Positions 12,912 through 27,233 are shown, numbered from the whole stretch's first letter. The stretch is 63,383 nucleotides of DNA, filler included, from Reticulomyxa filosa (GCA_000512085.1; 20 parts of 20 records of this genome joined end to end with filler, not necessarily neighbours in it); one strand, 5' to 3'. Numbers and translations are program-made. Notes: generated by a model from the sequence alone, not told the origin.

Positions 12912-14132
12912 GGACATGGCACAGAATCATCGAGTTGGTATGCAAATGCCAAAATTTTGTTTCTTGACATTGACAATATCCATACCATGCGAAAGTCATT
13001 CGACGAACTGTGCCAAATTGCAGCCAATACCACCGTCGACGACACCGACTGGCTTTCCATCGTTGCCAAAACATCTTGGTCGTCTCATGTTCAAAAAGTC
13101 TTATGTGGAGCGTCTCTCATCGCAAAGAGAGTTGCTAACACAGTTAATATTTTATTCTATTTTTTGCTGGCTTTTATTGGTTTGTAACCAATACTCGATT
13201 CGTTGGCTTGCAAAAAAAATGGATAGGAAAATTTACTGGCGGTAATCCATTGTTCAGATGGATGGGACAGAACGTCGCAATTGGCGTCGCTCGCACAAAT
13301 CCTGTTGGACCCGTTTTGTCGTACCATTCGCGGCTTGATCATGCTGATCGAAAAGGACTGGCTCGCCTTTGGACACAAGTTCATGGATCGCAATGGCACC
13401 ACGCAACGGCCAAACGAAAGGTCGCCCATTTTCTTTCAATTCGTCGAATGTGTGTGGCAAATTGTCCAGCAATTTCCCGAGGAATTTGAGTTTGACGAGA
13501 GCTTCCTTATTCGCTTAGCCGACCACCATGGCTCCTATTGGTTCGGCAATTTCCTGTACAACTCCGAAAAGGAAAGGGTCGACAACGAGGTGCACAATAG
13601 GTGCATCTCTCTGTGGTCATGGCCAATCGAGCGTAGTACAAGATACAATCCCGATCCTGAGAAAAAAGTATGTGTGTGTTTTAAAAAAAAAAAAAATTAT
13701 TAGCATGCAAATTTCAATTCATATATAAAACTAACTCATAATAACAATAATAATAACATATAGCTATTAACTCCGGCAATAAATCCCTCGGACTTGCGAC
13801 CAATATTCGGTGAATACTTTTTGCGATATGATTTATCGGAAGAGGTCAACAGTCGTGCCAATGACTCGCAAAATGCGCTAATAAATCCATCAATGGGCAA
13901 TAACGCGGACCAATCTGGTAATGAGTTTGCCAACTGCATGGACTGCCAATTGCCATTTACGTTTTGGAGGACAAAGCACAAGTGTCGAAACTGTGGCAAA
14001 CTCTTTTGCAAGAAATGCTCCTCCAATAGGTTGATATTGCAAAATATGGCCAATGCAAAACCTCAGCGTGTCTGTGATAAGTGTTGCAAAAAAAAGATCT
14101 CTCCGGTGGCTAAAAAGCAAATCACTGGTTGA
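12912..14132 (+). CDS. Myotubularin-related phosphoinositide 3-phosphatase with C-terminal FYVE finger, 5'-partial, spliced
   Basis: IDNIHTMRKSF, catalytic VIHCSDGWDRTSQL, LLDPFCRTIRG, EKDWLAFGHKF, ERSPIFFQF, FGNFLYNSEKER; FYVE-type CMDC...KHKCRNCGKLFCKKCS...RVCDKC. Confidence 0.93.
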
Positions 14133-14661
14133 ATACAGCCATTTTAATATAACAACAACACGGATATTATACAAGCCAAACAATTCAACTTTTTTTTTTT
14201 TTTTTTTTTCTCTTAAAAAAAACACCAATGTCAACAGCTTTGCTTTTTCCTCCTCTTTGTGTATGATACTTGTATGTTTTCATAAACAATCTATTCACTT
14301 TCAACTTATTCCTTCATTCCACCACATCTCCTTTTGTCTAAAATTTCGTGCTTGTTGTTTAGAAATTTTTTTTTTTCTGAGCTTTTTTTTGTTTTGTGAA
14401 CTATCTCTGTTTCATTTTAGATTTTTGTCGACATAACTTGGAAATAGCACAATCGAGTGGATTTGAAACATTACATTTGGATTCTATTGATTTGATGCCT
14501 TTTGCAATTAAATCTGTTTTTATTAGCCTACAAATTTTAAAAATATTTCCACTCACTCCCCCCCAAAAAAACAAAAAAACTTGTAAATTTTAGGATTCCA
14601 CCATTTTTTTTTTCCAAATATTTTATTTAATTTTAATTCAACTCATTCAAAATAAGAAGAA

Positions 14662-17600
14662 ATGGCTTCCGCTTCGGTAACACAACGTTCTCATGATATC
14701 ATCCGTCAGCAAGTGTCGGGCCGACCGTTAGACGCCGTCGACGAACTTCGATCCAGCAAAGAGTTGTTGCAACGACGACTGACATTTGTGCGCCCACTCG
14801 TGCGTGTAATGCTCATATGAAGAGTCAATAGTTAAAAAACTAGTTCAATTTGTTGTGCGTGGGTGAAAGAGGTTGATTGGTTTGTGTGGGAAGATGCGCT
14901 GAGTTTAAATACCAACAATAACAACAATGAAAGGGTCAATCAAGTTCGAACTCAAATGATTGGGCATCGGATAGACAACCAAGCGAGTTTGTACGTCCGA
15001 AATATCATTTATATCGAGAAGAGCAAATCCAACAGATATTACATTGGAAAAAAGCTGTTCGAAATCGAACAGGGGTTGGGTTGAGAAATTTGGGAAACTC
15101 TTGTTTCATGAATGCTATCTTGCAATGCTTGGCCTATACACCTGCTTTGCAGCAATACATTCAATCCAAAGATCACTCATCCAAATGTCGGTCTCTTTCA
15201 TAGTCAACCGATTATCAAATATATATATATATACATACATATACATATATGTATATATATTATCTATATTACACATTGATCAAAAATGATGCGCGAATGC
15301 GTTTTAAACAAACCAATTGAAAAATTTTATCTATCTTTTTTTTTTTTTTGAGCGTATGAAACTTTATTGTGTGTGCACTTTGCACTTTACAAAAAAAAAA
15401 AAAAAAAAAAGGTCGGTTGGCAGGATCATGTATTTTTTGTATTGGTCATAAATTGTTTCCTCAAATGCTGAATTCCTCCCAAACGGTTGTTCCAGATTTA
15501 TTATTTCGGAATTTGAGAGGTTTGCATTTTTTTTTGAATGTTTTTTTTTTAAAAAAAAAAAGTGATTTATGAAAGACCAAATGTGAGTGCAATATTAATA
15601 ACAAGAAAAATGAAAGGGGAAAAGTGTTTTGCATCAATTAAAAAAAAAAAAAATTGGTTGTGATGTGTAATACGAAAAGCGATATCGAAGCATTTGAGGC
15701 CGGGAAGACAGGAAGACGCACATGAGTTTTTACGTTATGTGTTGGATACATTTCAAACGGCAGCTTTGAAACACGAAAAGAGCGAGTTACGTGAAGACTT
15801 AACTTTTGCAAAGTTTTTTTTTATTGGTTTGACCATCCATGAAGAACTTGTATGTATGTATGTGTGTCTGTAAAAAAAAAAAAAAAAGAATAAAAGATGT
15901 GAGGACACAAGAGACAAGTATTGTGCACAAAGTTTGGGGGGGCTATCTCCGCAGTCAAGTGAAATGTGACCACTGTGGCAAAGAGTCGAACACGTACGAC
16001 TCGATATTGGACTTGTCGTTGGAAATCAAAGGCACCTCGGTGATGACGGCACTGAAGCATTTCACGGCCAAAGAGCTGCTGCATGGGAACAACAGGTATC
16101 GATGCGGCAAATGTCGCAGCTTGCAAAAAGCGACAAAGCAATTAAGCATATTCGAGCCTCCCAATGTGCTCGTGTTGCATTTGAAACGATTCGCCTATCA
16201 ACAACGTCATAGCCTTGGACGTGGCTATGGGCTTTTTGGCTTTGGAGGCAAGATCAACAAACATATTGCATTTGAGCAGGAATTGGATATCACTTCGTTT
16301 ATGAGCTATTCGACATGTCCAAAGGTGAGCTATCGTTTGATTGGAGTGGTCGTGCATCACGGACACACCGCTAATAGCGGACATTACATTGCTTATATTC
16401 ACTCGATGGATGATCGATGGTACTGCATGGATGACAGTAGAGTCATTCCTGTGAACTTACAAACCGTCTTGGCACAGAATGCCTACTTACTCTTTTATCT
16501 CCGAAATGAGCCCAAAATTCCCTATCAATCGCCTTTGCTCTCCTCACGAACGGAATCCATCGATATGACTGATATACAATGGGATGTCAAAGTTCACAAA
16601 CAACCTGTCTCTAGTAACAATAATAAACACATCAAACTCAAAAATGAAGAGACTCCACAAAATTTAAACCTCCTTCCAACACTCCAAGTTCTTTATATTT
16701 ATTTATTTAGTTTTTTTATTATTATTATTACGTGCACACATGCATATACACATATTATTTCCATATTTAATATATATGTATATGTGTATAATATCTATAA
16801 AAAAAAAAAAAAGGGTCGAAAGAGACCAAGAAGTGAGAAAGAGGGGTCTTCCCTGGTCATGTGCCCGAATGATACTAAAAAACGCCGTGTAGTGGTGGAA
16901 GAACGAGATAACAGTGCGGAGGAACTGCTTCGAAGGTTTTTGGAAGATGAAAACGATGGCCAAGAAGAATCTTGCAATGACATATGGTCGCCATACACAA
17001 GAACAGATTCAATTATATCTATGCTGAGTGACTCGTCCTCAGCTCTCCCATTGTCATTGCCGTTGGACAAACAGCAATATAACAATGGCGATGGCACGGA
17101 TTCTTGCACGACCACTGAATCACAAGAGCAACATCATCATCCCCCAAAAACTCCTTTGTCGACGAATGGAAAAACAAAGTATCGCAATGCTTTACAAAGC
17201 TGTAACGCTTCTGTACAAGAAGTCGAAGCTTATTTAAATGCAAATCATAACCATAATAATAGTAATGGGCATAGTAATGGTGGCACTGTAAACGGCACAG
17301 ATACGAAATCAACTAAAAATGGATGGGGGATCAATACACATTTGGATAAGCGCGTACAAGAGAGTCATCAACAGTTTCAAGAACAGTTGAAAGAAAAGCA
17401 TGAAGAATTTATCCCAGAAAAGAGCGAATGGGATCAACTGCTAGATACTGGTGCTGTCATTGGAAAAAAGCAGGGCTCAAAGAAAAAAAGAACTGAGAAA
17501 TGGGATCAAATATCAGCCCAAAAGCAACTTCCACATTCCAATCCATTTCAATCACGTCAAAGTGGGGAAATAAATCAAGAGATTCCTATGCGGACGGCAA

Positions 17601-17710
17601 TTAATAAGGAAACTGGCGAGAAAAAGAAATTGCATTTTAAGAGATACACAACCAAAAATACAACAAAGAGATACCGAAATTATCGTTATGAAAAGCGGAC
17701 TGACTTGTGA
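14662..17710 (+). CDS. Ubiquitin-specific protease (peptidase C19), USP36/USP42-like, multi-exon
   Basis: Cys box GLRNLGNSCFMNAILQCLAYTP (~15075), GRQEDAHEFL, LVLHLKRF, His box GVVVHHGHTANSGHYIAYI...WYCMDDSRV, AYLLFY, and C-terminal WDQLLDTG...KK. Confidence 0.93.
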
Positions 17711-18686
17711 AGAATCGCTACCAAGCAATCTCAAAAATGTTTAACATAATTTCCAAGACAAACTAAAAATGTAAGATTTACTATTTTGGCACATTTTTTT
17801 GTTCACAATTGTGCAAGAAATTTTATTCGCCACATCTCGTAAAACTGTTTGGAAGGAGGGAGAAGGGCGACCAAAAGAAAAGAATAAAGAGTATGTAAGA
17901 TGATTTTTCGTTTGATTTGATTTTTTTAGGAAAATGATTTATTTTATCAAGGGGAGTTGTGCATGAGTGAATTGTCTTGGGTTTTTGGAAGAGGGTTTGT
18001 TTTATGCTCTGTTTGGCTTCACTTGAAGACCGGCACTTTTGTGCAAGCCCACACAAAGACAGTCCTTCAAATTGCATCGAACATCTTCTATTCAAGAAAT
18101 ATAATTTTTGATTTTTTCGTAAAAAGTTTAAATGAACAACACAATAAGAACAAAATTAATAAAAAGGCTTAGAAAATTATTTTTGCATGTACGACTCAAA
18201 AAAAACCAATTAACCTACAAAATCCGTAGTTTCTTCCTGGTCTAACAAATGTGATAAAAAAATATATTAACTAAAAAAGGTAATATTCTGACAAAATTAA
18301 GGTTGCCCAGTATTTTAATTTGCAGGTCTTCGTTTTTTCAATATTTTGTGTTTAAAAATTTAAAGTGTCGACTTTTCGTGACTAAAAAATTGCAACATTG
18401 GAGGGGTTTACGTTGGGGATAATTTTTTTAAAACAGATTTTTATAAAAGAAGATTTTATACGATAGGATTCGGTTACACCAAGTAAACAAACGCATTTTT
18501 GGCATAGTTAAAAAAAGAACTGTGAACACAACTTTTTAAAGTTGAAAATACCAAAAAAAAAAGCGTCCCTATTGGTGAAGTGGTTAGTCTTTTTGTTTTT
18601 GGGTTGTGCAAACGATAAATCGAGTAAACAACACGTTACAACCAGAAGAGATTTAAACAAGCAAAGCAATCATGAGAACCAAGACC

Positions 18687-19664
18687 TTAGCTGAGCATTC
18701 GGACTAACTCTGCCTCGTAATCTTTCTTGGGGTCGTGGAAAGGATGATCTGGATGAGAAGCATCCGTTGTCCACAATTGGAATATTTGTCCACACAAAGG
18801 ACATCGGTGTTTTGGACCTTGTCGAATTGGGATCCATGCTATTTCATGTTCTACTTCTCCATGGTATCCCCCTTCAATCATTTCACACAACAGACAATTT
18901 GATGGATCCAGACACAATAGTTCACAAAAAAAGGGGAGTTGAAAAGAACCAGGAAAAAAAATTACTTAACCCCTACACCCAATAATTCTCCAGCGGCCAC
19001 GTGATGGCACCAAGACAGGGCTGTCTTCAGTTCCAAAAGGACCATACAACGCGGCATCGTCATAATACGTCTGATGTGTGTCCAAGCCACCTCGACCACC
19101 TATCACACGATGATCCAGCTCTGCTCTTAATTTTCCACCAATGTAACCAAACTCTGACTCAATTACTCCTTGTTCCCATGCTTCGGCTGGTGTCAAATAT
19201 TTTGGTTTTTCCAACGAGCGCCATTCATACATTTTTGTTGCAAATTTCAAATCGTACTAATTTTTTTGAACAATTGTTTTCTCTAATTTATAAAAAGTTC
19301 AGAAAAATTGTTTTTACGTATACCCCTCTTTTTTGCCGCAGGTGTTATAATTTTTTTTGGAAAAAAAGCGAACTTGCAAATCTTCCAGAGGTAAGATGGA
19401 CCAGTCTGGATCCCAGTGTTGGATCTCAAATTCAATATCGTCAATTATGTTTGCCCAGTGCCAAGCGTCCCACCAGTCAGGGTCGACATCTTCTGGACGA
19501 CGGGTATCTGGAGGTTCCTGTGGACCGCTGAAGTGGCGGTGCTGGAAGGTCAATGGAGGTGCGCATGCACGGACCAAGGAAGAAGGCGTCAGAGCTTTTA
19601 AGTTGCCCAACGAAAGTCTGCTTGTTACCGCTTTGTATGATAATGGTTGAAAGATTTTTGCCAT
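18687..19664 (-). CDS. COX5B: Cytochrome c oxidase subunit 5B (Zn-binding), three exons, with mitochondrial presequence
   Basis: YGPFGTEDSPVLVPSRGRWRIIGCRG / GYHGEVEHEIAWIPIRQGPKHRCPLCGQIFQL match the COX5B C..H..CxxC core. N-terminus is S/R/L-rich and acid-poor. Confidence 0.88.
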
Positions 19665-20219
19665 ACTTGAATTTCTGATTATATAGAGTTTTTCTTTAAA
19701 AACTCAGGGCTTACTTTCTTTAGAAACTTGAAATATTATTTATGAATTTTATCACTAAAAAAAGTAGTTGAGGTTATACTATTAAAAGTACAGCTTTTTG
19801 AAAAATATCGATTTTTTTTTTTGCATAAATCTTGGAATTCTCTTGTAGTACACAACTTTCAAAAATATGAAACATTTTTTAACTTGTTTGATGTACCAAT
19901 AGTAACAGTGACGAATTGGACATATTTGAAAATAAAGTAAAAAATTAGTTTGTTTTTATAGAACATATTCGAGATTTAAACCAAATTTCATTTTTAAAAA
20001 TAAATACCATAAAACAAAATTAAACCAACATTTTGAGGGCATTTTCGATAAGTTATTTTGTATTCTGTCCTAAGGAAGTGGCAATAGACACTTTTGAGAA
20101 ATATTATAGACGTTGCAAACGTTTTAACTCAAGTTGAACCAGGAAAAAAGGGGAAGAAGAGGGATATGAGTAGGAGAAATATTGCTTATAGCGAAGTAAA
20201 ACAAAAAAAAAAGCAAAAC

Positions 20220-20895
20220 TTACAATACATTTTTAGTCTTTTGCCCGAATACAAATCGATGTTGGTGAAATTCAATTTCGCGTTTTAATTTATTAGCAGT
20301 GAATTGAAAAAAGTTGAGTTTTATATCTTTTGCCATTGTATCATAGTTCGTGCCGTATCTGTTTATCAATCTTTGCAAATATTCAACCTGGTGTGTTTTT
20401 AAAAATCGTCTGATGTCTCTTGCTTCCGCATGTACAGCCAAGTCTAACATGGCCCTCACAGGACTTTCGTGCATATCCAAGACAACGGGGTTTTCGGGTT
20501 TTTTGGTGTTGAGTTCGTACATGTCAACATCACTGTTGGTTTCAGCGTCACTGTCTCGTTCTATGTGATATTCTTTCTCCAAGTATGACAGTGAATCTGA
20601 AACTTTGGTCTCTTCTATAGTCTTTGCTTCGTTATTGTTTGCATTGTCCTTATTCAACTTCTTTTTTTTTAAACTCTGCAACTTTTGCTTTTTTGTAATG
20701 CTGTATCAGATTTGCGCGACTTTTCGCTTTGACACTATCATTGGGGTTCAGACACAATCCGAGGTGTCGGTAGTTGGAATGCACAGACTTGTTCTTTTGC
20801 CATGATCGCTTCGTCTTTTTACAACGAAAGACTGGACCAGCTCTTTTGCGCTGCCTTTCTCGCAGCTTTTTTCTTTTTTGAACATTTGCCACCAT
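20220..20895 (-). CDS. NOP16: Nucleolar protein 16 (ribosome biogenesis); one apparent frameshift in an A9 run
   Basis: WQKNKSVHSNYRHLGL in the first frame and YLQRLINRYGTNYDTMAKDIKLNFFQFTANKLKR in the second. The frames join if the homopolymer at 20662-20670 is one base shorter. Confidence 0.82.
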
Positions 20896-21888
20896 GGATT
20901 AATTTCGGGTTTTTTAAGATCACAAGGGGTCACAGCAAAAAAATTTTGCAGTCAAGCAGGTTTTGTTTAGAATTTACTTTCTTAGGCGGATTATTTGTTA
21001 AGTGATAATTTTTGATTTTAATAAATGCATCCAAAACTTTTAGGTTCATTTCTGTACTTTCGCAAGAGAGATTAATGATCCACTTGTTGTGTCGAGTATC
21101 GGTTGTTGGACTTATTTTGGTGTTTACAATGGAATTTAATACTGGAAAATTTTCTGGTGAGGAAGAAACTTACAAAAGAAAAAATCTTTTGTATGCTAAC
21201 AATAATTCTAAACAATTAAGTAAGGTCTTTCTTGAAACATGGAAGTTTATGTTTTTTTGTTTTTGGTATGAAAATCAAATTAAGTGATAGTGTAATCTTA
21301 TTTTCAAAAAAAACTTGAATAATATTGACAAATAAATCATTTTTAAAATTTATTTTTCGATTGAAAACAATATATTAAAGATTTGCAATCAATTGCAGAA
21401 CAAGACAGCAATTGATTGCACAATAATCAAATAATGAGAAAAATAAGAACAAAATAACAAGAAGCAAATTATTCTGTTTAATATTTGAAAAAGATTAAAT
21501 CATGAACAATTTGATAAACACAAGCAAGAAATATTAAATATAGAAATAAATAGACGTTTATTATTGAATAATGTGACAAGTGAATCTACTCAAGAAGGTG
21601 TAGACATTGGAAAAATATTTTGTATAAGAAATAGAAGTTGAAAGATTGTAAACTTGCCAATTATGAAAGTGATATTTAGAAAAACAGTATGTTCAAAGAG
21701 CACTAGTTCTTTATTCATCTTTTTTAACGTCAGGTGTTTTTAAAGCTCAAACTAACGATATATTTAGATAATGTATAATTATCGATTTATTTGGAGAGAA
21801 AGTGACGCTGAAGTTTTAGATCTGACCGTGCGAGTTGAAGTCATAACGCTTGAAGAAAAAGATGAATGTGATGTTAAGTTTGATAATA

Positions 21889-22302
21889 CAGTAAGATAAA
21901 AAAGAAAGTTGACACCTAAAATGCCACCTTATATAGATGATTGTGTTTCTCCATGAAAAAACAACATTTAATCAAAATTTTTTTTTTAAAAATATCTACG
22001 AATCGTGTAGTTTTTAAATATCATTTTAGTTTTTTATTAAGTCTTTACAATTTTTTCAAAAATTTTATTCTTTCATTCAGATTGTTTTTTAAAATTTAAT
22101 TCAAGCTTACCAATGTGTTAAATCTCCTTTGGCTTTTTTGACTGCCTGTATTCTCTTTGGCATCGACTTTATTAAGGTTTCACAAATATTTCTTTCTATT
22201 TTTTCCCATTCTATTTTGAATTGGTTCCAAAGTTCTTCCATAGTATTAAATGGTTCTCTTTTGTGAATCATTGTCTTTACTATCCACCAAAGATTTTCAA
22301 TT
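21889..22302 (-). mobile_element. Tc1-like transposon 3' end: transposase C-terminus (22107-22301) plus TIR beginning at 21889
   Basis: Uninterrupted IENLWWIVKTMIHKREPFNTMEELWNQFKIEWEKIERNICETLIKSMPKRIQAVKKAKGDLTHW*; terminus TA|CAGTAAGAT... Confidence 0.9.
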
Positions 22303-22402
22303 NNNNNNNNNNNNNNNNNNNNNNNNNNNNNNNNNNNNNNNNNNNNTTAATTAATTAANNNNNNNNNNNNNNNNNNNNNNNNNNNNNNNNNNNNNNNNNN
22401 NN

Positions 22403-22980
22403 TGGGCATGGGCATGGGTGGGAGTCGCGCTACTGTTGCAACTAGTACTGCCATCGTTACTGCAACTGAGGCGACTGTCCCCGGCAGATTTGGACAAGTC
22501 GGAGCGAGTAAACTCGAAGAGGTTAGTCCAATGCCCGTCCCCAAAAAGTTCATCATGACCCCCGAAAACGTGGCCATGCTCCAACGCGAGTCGGAAAATG
22601 CCAGTTGTTCGGACAATGATGATAATGGTGTTAATGGTAATGGTAATGATAATGATAATGATAATGATAATGATAATGATAATGATGACGTTTGCAATGA
22701 CAACCGTACTGTCAATATTCAAACCAAAAACAACAAGGAAAATAAAAATAAAAATAAAAATAAAAATAACAATAACAATAATAATAATAATAATAACAAT
22801 AATATTATTAAAAATAATAATATGATTATTATTAATAAAAATAATGCCACTTCTCTTTCTCCTTCTCCTTCTCCTTCTCCTCGTTATCCTGTTGATGACC
22901 CATCTCACGGACATGACCCTTATACACTGTCCTCCTTTCCTTATTCGCATCGCTCTGCGCGTCGAAAAGTTATTGTCTAA
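22403..22980 (+). CDS. 3' end of a low-complexity Asn/Asp-rich hypothetical protein
   Basis: Open frame to TAA at 22978-22980, with a non-repetitive stretch followed by (DN)n, (KN)n, poly-N and (SP)n tracts. Confidence 0.5.
22617..22880 (+). repeat. Compound microsatellite (GATAAT)n / (AAAAAT)n / (AAT)n / (CCTTCT)n
   Basis: Directly visible tandem repeats. Confidence 0.9.
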
Positions 22981-23706
22981 TTCCATTGTTTTACCTCCCT
23001 TTTTTTTTTTTTTTTTTTTTTTTTCCAAACAAAGCAATCATTCCAACTGGGAGAGAAAAACAGAGAAAGGGGGATGGGTCGAGGTTCCAGAGCAAGGAAT
23101 GGTCTTTGTTTGTCGGGTTGGATTGTTTTTTTTTCTTTCTTTCCTTTATTTTTTTCCCTGCTTTTCTTGCTGTCAGATTTTTGTGAATCGAAGGCAGATT
23201 GTGTGCTTTTACTTCTTTTTTTTTCTTCTTTTCCTTTTTTTCCTTGGTTTTTTAATGGGGTTTTTGTCGTCAAATGTTCTTTTTTTTTTTTCCTCTCATT
23301 TTGCTTGTGTCTCTTTTTCTTTTTTTTTTTGGTTTTTTTTGTGAATTTTTCACATTGGCAGGTTTCTTTCAATGCTTGACAGTAAGCAACATGTCCTTTG
23401 TGCATTTTCGTCTTTAAATTGTATCTAATTCTTCCCTCCCTTTTGAGAAAATTCAAACAAACAGAGAGGACAAAAGGCGAGGAACAGATTAAACCATCTT
23501 CGTGTCCCTGTTATTTGTTCCACCATTTTGTTTTTTGGTTTGAAGAGGAAAAAAAAAATGAAAAATTAAAGAACATAATAAGTGATGTTGATGTTATTTG
23601 TGCAAATCTCTTTATTCTTATTTTTATTTTTTTTGATTAACTTGAAAAAAAAACGCAAAACAGGGACAAAATTAAAAAAAAACTATATATTTTCCATTAT
23701 TAACAA

Positions 23707-24822
23707 ATGAGTAACCAATTTGTTCCTCAAGAGCAGGGTGGAAGAATAGGAGTTATTTATATTCGATTCACACACGTTTTCACAAACTTTTCGTGTTATC
23801 TTATTCTCTCCTTGTTTCTACTTTGTCGCAACAAAAAAGGAAAAACACGCAAACGATAGTCTGTGGTATTTACTGGTGACACACTTTCCATCAAAGAAGC
23901 CTTTGGTTACACCAGAAAAACCAAGATTGGTGTGGGATTGACACCATTCATCGCAAATGCGGCAGAAGAAGACAACAAGAAAGACAGTGCCAAAGAGGGG
24001 CCAGAGAACAAAGGATCAATGGTTGTGACAAGAGCGGGCGTATTGCGATGTTATGAAGTCCAACACTCGCCCAATTATTCAAATCAAAACACGTACTGGA
24101 AGGGGATAGTCCCAAAATTGTGGGTTGAATCCAACCAGAAAAGGGTATTTTTTTTAATTTTTTTTTATTCCTTCCCCCTTTTTTTGTTTTTTTTTGCACT
24201 TGACAGGCACTTTTTTTTTTTCCCTTCCCTCCCCCCTCTCCCCTCGCCACATGACATAATATTAAAGTATATTCCACGAACGCATGATCGCGTGATTGGA
24301 GTGATAACAAAAAACAAAGGAATGCATTACATGGTAAATATAAATGCACCCAAACCTGGAATTTTGGGAAAGTTGGAATTCGAAGGGGCCACAAAGTCGA
24401 ACAAACCAAATCTGAAGGTCGGCGATATTGTGTATGCGCAGATCACTGATAGTGACAAATATATCAACCCACAGTTGACTTGCAAGTCCCCTCAATTCCA
24501 TACGAGCAAATCTTGGGTGACTAATGAGTGCCTGTTTATGCAGCTAACAGATGGATTACTAATTGACGAAACCGATGGCTTGTCATTACAATGGTGCAGA
24601 ATCTTAAACAAAAGTGAGTCTTTCTATTTGACTTTTTTGGGCAAATTTGGTGTTCCTTTTGAAGTCACTGTTGGAGATAATGCCAGAATTTGGATCAATT
24701 CGAAAAATACTTTGTTTTTAATTGTTTTAAAAAATGTTTTACTCAATGGGCAGTTTTTGAACAAGCGCGAATTTCAAGTCATGACTCACGCTTTGTTTAA
24801 AAAAGTTTGTCAGCAAACTTAA
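23707..24822 (+). CDS. RRP40: Exosome complex cap subunit RRP40 (S1 + KH), spliced
   Basis: WVESNQKR|YIPRTHDRVIGVI, LEFEGATKSNKPNLKVGDIVYAQI, PFEVTVGDNARIWIN. Intron 24145-24267 restores QKRYIP. Confidence 0.9.
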
Positions 24823-25265
24823 TCTTTCTTAAACTAATTCAAAGTTTATTCTATCTCTCAAGTTTTTTTGTGTGTAACATGAATTGATTTTATTTTATAG
24901 TGGGGAATGAACCTTTTCTGATTTTTATTGATTGTTATTTGTTAAAAAAAAAAAATCTTTTTCTTATGAAGGCTTTTGCTTTTCAATGCCCTTTGCAAAA
25001 GAACATTACAATTAATATTGATGTTTGCGTAATGAAAACTTTTTAAACAAATATCCACAACTTCTTGAATGTACAAACGCCAGGTTTTGATAATTGTTTT
25101 TTTAAAGATTCAAACTTAAATAGAGGTTTAATTGAAGTAATTTGTATGAAAATATATTCAATTTGAAAAACAACAAAAAATTTGCAAAAAAAAACAATTT
25201 TATTTAACTACGGTAGCTACTATCAAAAGAAGAAAAAAAGGCAGAGCGGAGGCAAAAAAAAAGAC

Positions 25266-26295
<1,030 letters not shown>

Positions 26296-26541
26296 TGCTT
26301 TCTTATTTGAGACAATTATCGATGAATCGATTTTTTTCGAAGTCCAAAAAAAACTAAATTAAAACGTTGCACACAAGTTAGTGCATTTTTTGGTTTCTTT
26401 TTGCTGTGGTACCTTTTACTGAGTAACATGTGTTATGCAAAAGCTATTTGTGATGTTTTAATTGTTTATATTTTTTGATGAACCTGCTAGTGGGTATGTA
26501 TAGCTTCTAGTTTGAGCAGGTTAGAAATCAACTATTCTAAA

Positions 26542-26960
26542 ATGACACAATATAGTTCCACTCATGCAATATTAACTCTTTCTCAAATAATTGTGGATGC
26601 CTTAACTGGTCTAATAATAGCTAGTCTGTTATATCGTTTCCTCAACACAAGACACTTGGTGAAAAACGTAAGCCACAGCAAAGCAACAAAAAATGAGACA
26701 AGAGATGCAAGTGCAACGAAGCCACAGTCAACGTGGGGTATAGAAAAAACGGTAAAGCCCACTTTTACACGACTGCCACCGTTTTGCATGTTTTGCTTCG
26801 TTCTAATGGAGACCATTAAAGTGTTGTGGGGAGTCTTTTCACTCTTCAACATTGAAGCATCTGCTAGACTTTTCACTATTTGCTTAGCCATTGGCGCTTG
26901 TTGTTATGTGTTCAGTAAGACAGGAGTCTTGTGCTTGTACATTTTGCGACTTATTGTTAA
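26542..26960 (+). CDS. Hypothetical multi-pass membrane protein (possibly 7TM receptor-like), 3'-partial
   Basis: Three hydrophobic helices ending ...FSKTGVLCLYILRL, then intron-like sequence and the contig end. Confidence 0.5.
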
Positions 26961-27233
26961 TAATAAATACGACATGCATATGTATACACCATATATGTTT
27001 ATATATATATATATATTTTTTTTTTTAAATGCATTTGCACATGCGAGTTTGAGGATTGACACATCGACGTACGTATACCTCAGCAGAATTTTTTTTTTTT
27101 TTTTTTTTTTTTTTNNNNNNNNNNNNNNNNNNNNNNNNNNNNNNNNNNNNNNNNNNNNTTAATTAATTAANNNNNNNNNNNNNNNNNNNNNNNNNNNNNN
27201 NNNNNNNNNNNNNNAAAAAAAAAAAAAAAAAAA

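Noticed and set aside
16688-16813. Apparent transmembrane segments inside the USP ORF (16688-16813) and RRP40 ORF (24145-24267)
   Set aside because: Both are GT-AG introns of length divisible by 3 (126 and 123 nt) that happen to lack stops. Removing the RRP40 one restores the conserved QKRYIP.
22844-23640. Phe-rich and Lys-rich ORFs (also 39126-39560 and 5560-5979)
   Set aside because: Translations of poly-T/poly-A intergenic or intronic sequence, or antisense to real exons.
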